Assembly (NCBI GenBank): GCA_004431415.1
Contig: QPMI01000463.1
Location: forward strand, 1-49,215
DNA from: Cyanophora paradoxa CCMP329
Taxonomy: Eukaryota > Plantae > Glaucophyta
Reading direction: 5' to 3'
DNA: 49,215 bases
The translations under genes and the position numbers were made by a program. Positions 19,972 through 28,772 of this stretch are shown here, piece by piece (position 1 is the first letter of the stretch; the number at the start of each line of letters is the position of its first letter). The notes under the pieces are model-generated. The model worked only from the letters and a program-made list of their open reading frames with translations, was not told the origin of the DNA and searched no databases.

Positions 19972-20095
19972 GCGGTGAATTTCGGTGGTGCTCCTATCGA
20001 TCCGAGGGCAAAAATTGAAGGTTTCGGTAAAAGGTATATAAGGGCAAGGGAAATAATACAGAGTGACAAAAAACTATTTTCTCCGGTTATAGTAA

Positions 20096-20509
20096 ATGGC
20101 GAAACCCAAGATTTCAAACCAAGAGGCAATGGCGGCACAGCAAGAAAAGCGCAGACCAGGGCGACCGAAGAAGGTGATCACAGAAGAGGAGAAAGCGGAG
20201 AGATTAAGACTAAAACGCGAGAAAGATGCAGAGCGGCAGCGAAACAAGCATCAGAGACAAAAGCAAGAGCGATTAGCCGCAGGGGAAGCGACCGTATTTA
20301 CCCCGGAGCAGCTACAAAAGATCGCAATTCGTAAACAGCAGCGATACCAAGACGATGAAGAGTATCGGGAGAAAATCAGGGAAAAGGCACGGGAATACCA
20401 ACGCAGAAAAAGAGCGGAACGAAAGCTGAATCCGCCGGTGAAGCCCCAGCCGCAAAAGCCCGCTGGGAGACCCCGAAAGCATGTCGTCGAGAACGCGAAA
20501 AATTCGTAG
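20096..20509 (+). CDS. Basic DNA-binding protein with two AT-hook-like motifs
   Basis: KRRPGRPKK and KPAGRPRK flank a charged helical region; preceded by TATTTTCTCCGGT. Confidence 0.8.
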   Translation: MAKPKISNQEAMAAQQEKRRPGRPKKVITEEEKAERLRLKREKDAERQRNKHQRQKQERLAAGEATVFTPEQLQKIAIRKQQRYQDDEEYREKIREKAREYQRRKRAERKLNPPVKPQPQKPAGRPRKHVVENAKNS

Positions 20510-20545
20510 CGGAAAGTATCCGTACGACGCAAAAAATGATTAATT

Positions 20546-20615
20546 CCCCGTATCCGTCGAAAAAGCATTTAAGGAATTAACCCCGTATCCGTCGAAAAAG
20601 CATTTAAGGAATTAA
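20546..20615. repeat. Perfect 35-bp tandem duplication upstream of the polymerase gene
   Basis: ccccgtatccgtcgaaaaagcatttaaggaattaa at 20546..20580 and 20581..20615. Confidence 0.9.
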
Positions 20616-20652
20616 CAACAAGGGTATGAAAAGGAGGATTTGGTAGATTGCG

Positions 20653-20672
20653 CCGAAATTATTTTCTCCGGT
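20653..20672 (+). promoter_or_regulatory. Putative viral promoter motif CCGAAATTATTTTCTCCGGT (identical copy at 26413..26432; partial copies at 20075, 19516, 16389)
   Basis: Recurs within ~8-31 nt upstream of the ATGs of five element genes. Confidence 0.65.
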
Positions 20673-20694
20673 TATTTTAAAAGAACTAATAGAG

Positions 20695-23600
20695 ATGCCG
20701 CGCGCAGCCAACAGAATCGCTAACAATGTTCGGGAGGAGATTATCGGATACATTATGCAGGGATTGAGTCAGGATTTGCTAACCGAAGAACAGGCGCATT
20801 GGGCGATGCACAACACAATGAATCGGAAGCCCAAGCTCCAAACGCTGATCGACATTCGGGATACTCTGAATGGAATCATTAATCCCCGCGTTTTCCGCAG
20901 GGCAGAGCGGAAAGAAAAGCGTGCCGCTCGCACCCAAGTTAATATAGAAAAGCAGAAGCAAAAAGAACAAGAGGCTAAGCGTTTACAGCGCTTCGATCGC
21001 AAGCAAGAACAGAAACGAGCGAAAGAAGCGAAACTCGAAGCGAAGCAGCAGAGAGGTAAAGTAAAAGCGGTAGAGGATGCGATAAAACGCAATATTCTCG
21101 ACCCAATCGCCGCATACGATCCGGAAACTCTCGCAACAATTACGTTCAAGCTATGGGGACCTGGATCCGGTGCTCGGTCGACGGAGGTAATTGTTATTCC
21201 CGGAATTCCCGAATTAAATATACCAGACAGAACCTTTGTCACCTACCGCAATATAAGAGAGACAGTTTCGGTGAGGGTGTTGAGAAACTTTGCTCTGGCA
21301 AAAATCGATAGAGTGTATGGAATTCTCACCGCTCAAAATCGTTATTATTCGGAAGAGAGAGATTCAATCTTCGATTTACTCGAAAACTACGATGAATTGA
21401 AGATTCGTCTGGGAACTTTCGGACAAGCATACGAGATGTTCTTCTTTAAGACACCACCAACCGAGGAACAGAAAAAACTACGCAAAGGTTTCGATGATTT
21501 TGGCGGCAGTGTCGATGATGCCTTTATAACTGTTCATGAGATCGCGATCGATGGGGACGAAGGTGTCGAAGATGACGGAGCCGGTGCTATTCCTGGAAAT
21601 CGCTATGCGTTTCTGGATGAGGAGCTCATGGACAGTATGCGATGCACCGCGATTATGAGCAAATTCACAGACTATACATTAAATCCAAACGCGTCTGAGT
21701 TCGAAGATGTTATTGAGCTTCCCAAATCATCGACATCTAACGCTTGCGGCTATGATATGATCATCTCCACATGGGGAGCGTCCATTAAGAAGTGTCAGGA
21801 GGCGCCAAAACCGCGATATACTGACTTAACTATGTCGTACGACGGTCTCTATAAATTCTTTCACGGTCGCGAACGCACACCTGGCGACTCTCTGGCTCTC
21901 ACCCTCCGCCATATCGAGAAATTCTGTAAGAGAATTCAGACAGGCTTCCGCGTCTTTGATGTCGACGGTAAGTTAATATACAAATTCGCGGCGGAATCAA
22001 TTAACAAAAACATCTTTCCCCGCAATATTCACTTTATGATTCACAACAAGCACATCTATATATTCAACGATAACATCAAGTCGCTCGAAATGCGCATGGC
22101 AAAGATGGAGGTCGAAGAGCTCGATAATCATGTTCCTAAGTCCAACTCTTCGTTAGCACTCTATAAAATTCCGACGTGTCTTACTCACGATATCTTCGCG
22201 CACACATCCAAGGATTTGTTAAAGATCACGCAACTTAAACTATCGCCTGACGAGCGCAGTTTCATCCGCATTCTTTATACTGGGCGCGAAGGTCTGGAAG
22301 GTCTTCTATTTACGTTCCTGAAAATGCGATATGAGCCCGCAGTGAAGCTAACACCATCGAAACAGATCGACAGCATCACATTCAAAGCTAATGGCTCCAT
22401 GTTCTCTATCAAAGATCCACGCACAACAGACCACTTTATTGAGCAAGATTTCGAAACAGAGGAGTATTATAATAAGGTCTGTGAAATCGGTAAGGGGTTC
22501 CGCGAGTCGCTACTAAATGCGACGAATATCTCACATTACAGCCCGAACATGCGCGAAATTCTCACGCACTACAAGCGATCCGCACTTAGCGGCTATTTCT
22601 ATAAGCCAAACCCGAAAGCCACCTACACAGCCGTCGATATGGCGAAGTGCTACCCTTCGATACTGAAAGGCATGCAATATCTTCCGAAGTACAATGTATT
22701 CGATGACTTCGTTCCCTTTAAAGCGGGAAGCGATATTCTCGAATACGCGATTTACTACGTGCGTGTAGTTGCGTTTGAGAGAGAGCAAGCGACTTTCGCC
22801 GACGATGAGGACATTGATTATGATGCCGCCATGTCTCGCAAGATTGATGGAATCGAAATTATTCTGGATCGCGCATTTTCCGTGAGTGGTCGCTGTTATA
22901 ATTTCATGACAGGCTACACTCTCTCCATGCATTGGGCGGACGTAAAGGACAAGATAGAGATTATCGCGGTCGCGGAGCCTTCGCATTTGGTGCCCAATAC
23001 GTCGATCGCTGAGATGCAAAAAGTGCTATCAAGCGACATTCAAACCACAGATAAGAAGCACATTTTAGTGAAAGAGATCGGAATGCTCGGCAAATTCCAA
23101 GACTCGCAAACATCCACGAAAATGTTCTACAACCGTGCCGAGGCTGAGAGGTTCGCCCAAGAATGCGGAGGAACAGTAGAGGTGTTTACTTTCAATCCTA
23201 AGAATTCGAAACGTGTCAAAACTCTTAGCGAATTCGAAGGTCACATCTATTTCGTTAAGATCAGCTCCCACCGCGAGCTCGTTAACGGATTCCTTCCTAT
23301 CCACTTTCATATTTACGATCGTAACCGTGCTAATATGTTCGCGCAATACAAGCGCCTGACAGCGCGCGGGCACAAGGTTGCCGGGATCAGAACGGATTGC
23401 CTATATATCGAAGGTTCATGGACAAGTAAGAAAGAGTTCGACCGAAATGCGTTTGAGAACATGGGCAAATTCAGCTATATTCCCGGGAAAAGATGCCCTG
23501 AGAATGCACTCCGCCCACCACGGGGTGTAACTCTCGAATTTCAGGATCCCGAGACACTCATTAACCGGTTCTCGCTGAGGGACGAATTTAATCCTGAGTG

Positions 23601-25005
23601 CTTTAATTGGGTTGCGGAGCTCCACAATCGTATGCTTGTCCTTGCTGACATGCCCGGAAGTGGAAAGTCGACACTCGGTATTAACTGTTTCGCATCTCAA
23701 AAGTCGAATTGCTTAGTTATTTGCCCCTATAACAAACAGTGCGCAGAGCTGAGAGACTCTCTCAAAGTCCGCGGAATCGGAAATATTACCGTTCGTACTT
23801 TGTATAATGTTCTCGGGATCCGTGTCTCAAATGATCAGACCTACGAAGAGGCTATGAGCGAGAAAGACCAGAGGGCGTTTGTCTCCGAGTTCAGTCACAT
23901 TATGTTCGACGAGATATTTGCGTATTCTGTAAAAGACCTCGCTAAGATCAAGTCGTTTATCGATCGCTATCCGGATATCAAATATTTGGCTAATGGCGAT
24001 ACCTATCAAAATGAACCGATTAATGATGAGCTATCGGTTTCTGATCGCAAGGGCTACTATAAGCGCGCTGTGCAGAGCATGTTCCCTAACGTCCTGAGTC
24101 TTCGCATTAACAAGCGGCACAAGAAGGAGACAGACCGTGAATTAATTCGGGCGATTAAAGAGGATCTCTTCGAGAACGGACTCGAAGCCTCACAGATCAT
24201 CTCGAAATACGGCTTACCGACAATTAATGATCTAAGCGCTATTCCCGACGGCTACTTTGGCATCGCTTACAGAAACGAAATGACCTTAGCCTATAACAAA
24301 CTGATGCACGATAGACGAAAAGTAAATATCCCGACCGTAGAGGTCAACGGCATCAAATTCTACAAGGGTTTGGAAGTCGTTTGTCGCAGGTATCTACGCA
24401 TTTCGCGGTCTGAGGGTGAGTCTATTAATGCATACACAAATTACACCTATCGGATCACCAAGATCACCAAGCAAATGGTCACATTAACTGACGTTTTCGA
24501 TGGCGTCACGTTCGAGGTTCCGTGCGCGATGTTAGAACATTTTTCTCTCCCTTATGCAGGAACAGGTCATTCAACGCAAGGTCTCACACTTGATTCGGGC
24601 ATTGTCATTTGTGAGGCTACGTTCCGCTATACCACTCGCGAATGGTTCTATACCGCGCTCACTCGTAACCGCGATCTGTCTACTGTGCTGATTTATACAC
24701 CGATTCACAGATTCCAAGGAAAGAGCGACTACATCGAATATCTGAAAACGAAGATCCGCGGTTATAAATGCCAGGATCAGCGTGCCGGGCGCGATTTCGA
24801 CGAGGCGGATTATATTACGCCGGAGTGGATATTAGAGCGCAAAAAGCAACAGAAGGGCGCCTGTGCGCTCTGTTCCCTTCCTATTCCGACTGAGCCACAA
24901 GATCCAAATTACAAGCTCGTCGTGGATCGCATTAACAACAGGCGCCCACACCTTCAAGACAATTGCCAGCTCGTGCATCACGGGTGCAATTGCAGCAAAA
25001 AATAA
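20695..25005 (+). CDS. Multidomain replication protein: putative vOTU-like protease + family-B DNA polymerase + SF1 helicase + C-terminal HNH-like domain
   Basis: PolB motifs A (AVDMAKCYPSIL), B (KKHILVKEIGMLGK) and C (GIRTDCLYI). SF1 motifs DMPGSGKS, MFDEIF, GDTYQNEP, GHSTQGLT and YTALTR. C-terminus CALC..VDRINNRRPHLQDNCQLVHHGCN. N-terminal SNACG...IHFMIHNKHIY. Confidence 0.85.
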   Translation: MPRAANRIANNVREEIIGYIMQGLSQDLLTEEQAHWAMHNTMNRKPKLQTLIDIRDTLNGIINPRVFRRAERKEKRAARTQVNIEKQKQKEQEAKRLQRFDRKQEQKRAKEAKLEAKQQRGKVKAVEDAIKRNILDPIAAYDPETLATITFKLWGPGSGARSTEVIVIPGIPELNIPDRTFVTYRNIRETVSVRVLRNFALAKIDRVYGILTAQNRYYSEERDSIFDLLENYDELKIRLGTFGQAYEMFFFKTPPTEEQKKLRKGFDDFGGSVDDAFITVHEIAIDGDEGVEDDGAGAIPGNRYAFLDEELMDSMRCTAIMSKFTDYTLNPNASEFEDVIELPKSSTSNACGYDMIISTWGASIKKCQEAPKPRYTDLTMSYDGLYKFFHGRERTPGDSLALTLRHIEKFCKRIQTGFRVFDVDGKLIYKFAAESINKNIFPRNIHFMIHNKHIYIFNDNIKSLEMRMAKMEVEELDNHVPKSNSSLALYKIPTCLTHDIFAHTSKDLLKITQLKLSPDERSFIRILYTGREGLEGLLFTFLKMRYEPAVKLTPSKQIDSITFKANGSMFSIKDPRTTDHFIEQDFETEEYYNKVCEIGKGFRESLLNATNISHYSPNMREILTHYKRSALSGYFYKPNPKATYTAVDMAKCYPSILKGMQYLPKYNVFDDFVPFKAGSDILEYAIYYVRVVAFEREQATFADDEDIDYDAAMSRKIDGIEIILDRAFSVSGRCYNFMTGYTLSMHWADVKDKIEIIAVAEPSHLVPNTSIAEMQKVLSSDIQTTDKKHILVKEIGMLGKFQDSQTSTKMFYNRAEAERFAQECGGTVEVFTFNPKNSKRVKTLSEFEGHIYFVKISSHRELVNGFLPIHFHIYDRNRANMFAQYKRLTARGHKVAGIRTDCLYIEGSWTSKKEFDRNAFENMGKFSYIPGKRCPENALRPPRGVTLEFQDPETLINRFSLRDEFNPECFNWVAELHNRMLVLADMPGSGKSTLGINCFASQKSNCLVICPYNKQCAELRDSLKVRGIGNITVRTLYNVLGIRVSNDQTYEEAMSEKDQRAFVSEFSHIMFDEIFAYSVKDLAKIKSFIDRYPDIKYLANGDTYQNEPINDELSVSDRKGYYKRAVQSMFPNVLSLRINKRHKKETDRELIRAIKEDLFENGLEASQIISKYGLPTINDLSAIPDGYFGIAYRNEMTLAYNKLMHDRRKVNIPTVEVNGIKFYKGLEVVCRRYLRISRSEGESINAYTNYTYRITKITKQMVTLTDVFDGVTFEVPCAMLEHFSLPYAGTGHSTQGLTLDSGIVICEATFRYTTREWFYTALTRNRDLSTVLIYTPIHRFQGKSDYIEYLKTKIRGYKCQDQRAGRDFDEADYITPEWILERKKQQKGACALCSLPIPTEPQDPNYKLVVDRINNRRPHLQDNCQLVHHGCNCSKK

Positions 25006-25023
25006 ACAGGTTTAATTAGAAGA

Positions 25024-26406
25024 ATGTCACGGATCGTCAGAAGGGTAGCGGGAGAGGAGACAGAGACCACCATACTACCTATCGCGGTTCCTGAAACTGA
25101 GCAAGTCCCCCAAAAAATTACAAAACGCCAAGCAAAATCAAATTTATTAGGAGATGTTCCTTTTAGCATTGCTAACCCGTCCTCTAAGATCGTGCGCCGC
25201 ATGTATGACCCAAAGACAGGTTTTAAGAACCCATCGGCATTGTACGAAGAGCTGAGAAAAGAGGACAAGAGCCTCACATTGAAAGAAGTGCAAGATGTCG
25301 CAGCGAAACAAGAATTTATGCAGATCAACAAGAAGCCCCCAGCACCGACCCAAACAGCTTTTATTCCCATCACAGCCCCGCCGTGGTGCTATCAAGCGGA
25401 TCTCATCTTTTATCTCTCATATGGCAATTATAATTCCGGCTACATTGCAGTCCTTACTCTCATTGAGATGACGAGCCGAAAAGCATATGCCAAGAAGTTA
25501 AAGAATAAGGAGGGCGCAAGTGTTGCCGCCGCTTTTGCGGAGATGCTTGCAGAGCTCCCGGCTCCGATGATTCGATTGGAGACAGATAACGGTTCGGAAT
25601 TCATCGCGAAGGAGTTTCAGGAGGTCGTAAAAAATAATGGAATAGAGCACCGCTTTAAACAGGTCGGAGATCACACTTCGCTGGGAATTATGAATCGCTT
25701 TCATTTGACCCTAAAAACGATGATAAACAACTACTGTGTCGCTTATAACACTGTGCGATTTATGGACAAGCTGGACGACTTCGTTTTCAATTACAATAAC
25801 ACCATTCACAGAACCATAGGAATGAAGCCCGCAGATGTTAAGCTCTCAGATATGGAGCGGATCCGAGCGGCTATTATTTCGAAAAAGAACACAATCGTCA
25901 AGGATATATTCAGCGACTTTAAACCTGGGCTCCACGTCCGTGTATTATTGCCGAGATCAAAGTTTGATAAAGGAGCAACACAAAGGTATAGCCGAGAGGT
26001 CTACAAAATTGCGGGAAGGAGAGGAAACGCGATAGAGGTGCAAGATGCAGCCGGGAACGTAATGCCGAAGCTTTTTAAGCCGCACGAATTGCAGATCATT
26101 ACAGAGGTCGAGGCTGTGGTGGAACCATCAGGCAACGCTATTTTAGCGGCTGATGTAGAGGCAGCTTCGATCCGGCAGGTTCAAAAAGAAGGCATAGATG
26201 TCGCCGCAAGTGTTCCGAAAGGGGCTTTATTGGAAGATCGCGCAGAAAAGACAAAGAGGGCGCTGAGGGAGCTCGCTAAATTAACGATTGCAGGAACTGA
26301 GAAGCTCTCAGAGGTAAACAGTCAGAGGTGGTATAAATCATTCAAGAATCAGAGCGCAAGCTACACAGCCCCTACTACGCGCATTCTTCGGTCATCTCGT
26401 TCATAA
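25024..26406 (+). CDS. Retroviral-like (rve) integrase of Polinton type
   Basis: YQADLIF (D1), LETDNGSEF (D2), GIMNRFHLTLK (E position is N), YNNTIHRTIGMKP, SH3-like GLHVRV..FDKG..YSREVYKI; no chromodomain seen. Confidence 0.92.
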   Translation: MSRIVRRVAGEETETTILPIAVPETEQVPQKITKRQAKSNLLGDVPFSIANPSSKIVRRMYDPKTGFKNPSALYEELRKEDKSLTLKEVQDVAAKQEFMQINKKPPAPTQTAFIPITAPPWCYQADLIFYLSYGNYNSGYIAVLTLIEMTSRKAYAKKLKNKEGASVAAAFAEMLAELPAPMIRLETDNGSEFIAKEFQEVVKNNGIEHRFKQVGDHTSLGIMNRFHLTLKTMINNYCVAYNTVRFMDKLDDFVFNYNNTIHRTIGMKPADVKLSDMERIRAAIISKKNTIVKDIFSDFKPGLHVRVLLPRSKFDKGATQRYSREVYKIAGRRGNAIEVQDAAGNVMPKLFKPHELQIITEVEAVVEPSGNAILAADVEAASIRQVQKEGIDVAASVPKGALLEDRAEKTKRALRELAKLTIAGTEKLSEVNSQRWYKSFKNQSASYTAPTTRILRSSRS

Positions 26407-26445
26407 CAAACCCCGAAATTATTTTCTCCGGTAAATATAAAAGCG

Positions 26446-26760
26446 ATGGAGGGTGAAAAGCATTTCGTTGACATTCCGTATGATAAAAAAGACGTTGCGA
26501 AATCCCTCGGTGGAAAGTGGGATCGTGAGAATTCATGCTGGTATGTCACGAAGAAAGATCACCCCCTATGCTCTCAGTTCAAAACTCTAAGCTATGAGCA
26601 AGTGTATCAAAGAAACGTGAAGGTTTACCTCGATATTCCTTATGAATTTAAGGATCAAGCGAAGGCTGAGAGAGCCCGCTGGGATCCCGTCATGCGATGC
26701 TGGTATGTCATGGGTCTCGATCACCCGCTAATGGGCAAGTTTCCGATCAAGGAACATTAA
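26446..26760 (+). CDS. Tandem DUF5710-like domain protein
   Basis: Two repeats: FVDIPYDKKDVAKSLGGKWDRENSCWYV and YLDIPYEFKDQAKAERARWDPVMRCWYV. Confidence 0.85.
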   Translation: MEGEKHFVDIPYDKKDVAKSLGGKWDRENSCWYVTKKDHPLCSQFKTLSYEQVYQRNVKVYLDIPYEFKDQAKAERARWDPVMRCWYVMGLDHPLMGKFPIKEH

Positions 26761-26785
26761 ATGTATATGTCGCTTTTTTCATTTT

Positions 26786-27178
26786 TTATGAAATTGGGAA
26801 CCTTTGCTCGACCTGTAAGTCCCACTTTCGAACTTTCAGCCTTTCTTGTATGAGTTCGTTAATGTCCCGTGCTATACCCATTGTCTTCGCTTCGGCATTT
26901 GTGCCGCATGTAAATATATCGATTGCTAATAGCCCCTGGTCGCTATAAGAGTGAGCCGTCGCATGCGACTCATCTAATAAAAAGCCAATCGCGAAACCGG
27001 GAGGGGAATTAGAGCCATCGAAAATGCATGTGTGCTGGTGCACGATGCGCATCTGGCGATCTGTGATATATTGCGATAGGTTCGCTGTGATCCACTCGGC
27101 GCATGCCTCCGGGGACTCGGTGAACGGGTCGGTTATATAGTCAAGCATAACGTGGTAGCCGCGGTATCGGGAATCCAT
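26786..27178 (-). CDS. speD: Pyruvoyl-dependent S-adenosylmethionine decarboxylase proenzyme (prokaryotic class 1B type)
   Basis: GYHVMLDY N-terminus, LLDESH self-cleavage site, HSY, AIDIFTCG; 130 aa. Confidence 0.85.
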   Translation of the reverse strand: MDSRYRGYHVMLDYITDPFTESPEACAEWITANLSQYITDRQMRIVHQHTCIFDGSNSPPGFAIGFLLDESHATAHSYSDQGLLAIDIFTCGTNAEAKTMGIARDINELIQERLKVRKWDLQVEQRFPIS

Positions 27179-27565
27179 TATTATTTAAGTCGATATTTTT
27201 GTGAGCTATGTGGTTTCGTAGCCGCCAAATCGCGCGCTTTGCGAATCAGACCGCGCCGCTTTGTAGTAGCGTAGAACTACTCTATACGCGCGCGGATGCA
27301 AAGTATGACTAGTGGAGCCGCACGGGAACGCGCGCCGGCGCGCGCGACGTAGGGGACACATCAGTTTTCGAGCACCTGTGAATATGTCGAACTAAGGTTT
27401 CGCGCGCCCGGCGATTAAGCTAGTCAAAGTAGCACCATCATGCCCGGAAGCAAGTAACGAGCACGTAGCAATTAAGAGCGCGCCGAGATCGGCTTGCTGT
27501 CCAAAGTTATGCCCGGAAAACGAAAGGGGGGGTCGCCGCCGAGTCGCGATCGCCGGTGTTATCGA

Positions 27566-27644
27566 GTCGGGACTCGGGACTCGGGACTCGGGACTCGGAA
27601 CTCGGGACTCCGGGACTCGGGAGTCGGGACTCGGGACTCGGGAT
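27566..27644. repeat. Heptamer tandem repeat (cgggact)n, ~11 units
   Basis: Read directly from the sequence. Confidence 0.9.
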
Positions 27645-28080
27645 TCCAACTTCGCAACTTGCAACTTAAAAAATGCAACTGGCAAGTATCATAGTATAGG
27701 CTTAGTAGGCTACCGCCGACCGCCGACCGCCGACTCGGCGCCGAGTTGGCTCAGAGGCTTAGAGCCCCGCGATCGCATTTTTTAAAAATATGCATTTTAC
27801 ACATTATTTATTGAGCCTATGAAACTTATATGGACGTGCTAGCCTCGTTAAGACGGTCACGGCGCTATTTTCAGTTTTGCAGCCTGGCAGGGTGATGAGC
27901 TGGTGATGAGATACAAGCGCTCGACGGTTTGTAGTGCGGGTTGTTTTTCAGTTTTGTATATATGTGTCGTATATATACACGTCAAAATGTTTGCGACTCG
28001 CGCGCCGAGTCGCTGAGTCACGATCATCGCATCACATCACTGATGATGACGCGCACGGTCATACGTATATACATCAGCTG

Positions 28081-28231
28081 CCCTATCAGCTGATTTATCA
28101 CACTACGATCAGCCCCTATCAGCTGATTTATCACACTACGATCAGCCCTATCAGCTGATTTATCACACTACGATCAGCCCTATCAGCTGATTTATCACAC
28201 TACGATCAGCCCTATCAGCTGATTTATCACA
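28081..28231. repeat. 32-bp tandem array A (ccctatcagctgatttatcacactacgatcag) x4 plus a partial unit
   Basis: Read directly; each unit contains the palindrome ATCAGCTGAT. Confidence 0.92.
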
Positions 28232-28294
28232 TTACCGGCGATGCTGTCCGGTGATGCTATCGCCCGGGTGATACTATACAGCGATACTATCCAC

Positions 28295-28500
28295 CGATAC
28301 TATCGCCCTGAGGTCATACTATGGGGCGATACTATCGCCCTGAGGTCATACTATGGGGCGATACTATCGCCCTGAGGTCATACTATGGGGCGATACTATC
28401 GCCCTGAGGTCATACTATGGGGCGATACTATCGCCCTGAGGTCATACTATGGGGCGATACTATCGCCCTGAGGTTATACTATGGGGCGATACTATCGCCC
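28295..28500. repeat. 32-bp tandem array B (cgatactatcgccctgaggtcatactatgggg) x6 plus a partial unit
   Basis: Read directly; unit junctions form GGGCGATA-C-TATCGCCC inverted repeats. Confidence 0.92.
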
Positions 28501-28772
28501 AATCAATCGAATTTAGAGCCTCAGCTGATTGGTCGACATGTTTGTATATATATATGTGGCATGCCATACATTTCCGGAGTCGCCGTGATGTGATGACCCC
28601 GAATATGTCTGTGACGCCGGTATATATATGTATATGTCGTCATATGCGAAAAAACATAAAAAAACAAAAAATTCAAAGTTGCGCGGGATCACATACACGG
28701 AGGTTCGGACATATATACGAAATATATACATGACTAAATCGTTATTGTTTTCATAGAACTCGCATGTAGTTT

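Noticed and set aside
28081-28500. CRISPR array (32-bp palindromic repeats)
   Set aside because: Units are directly adjacent with no unique spacers, there are no cas genes, and the context is a eukaryotic virus.
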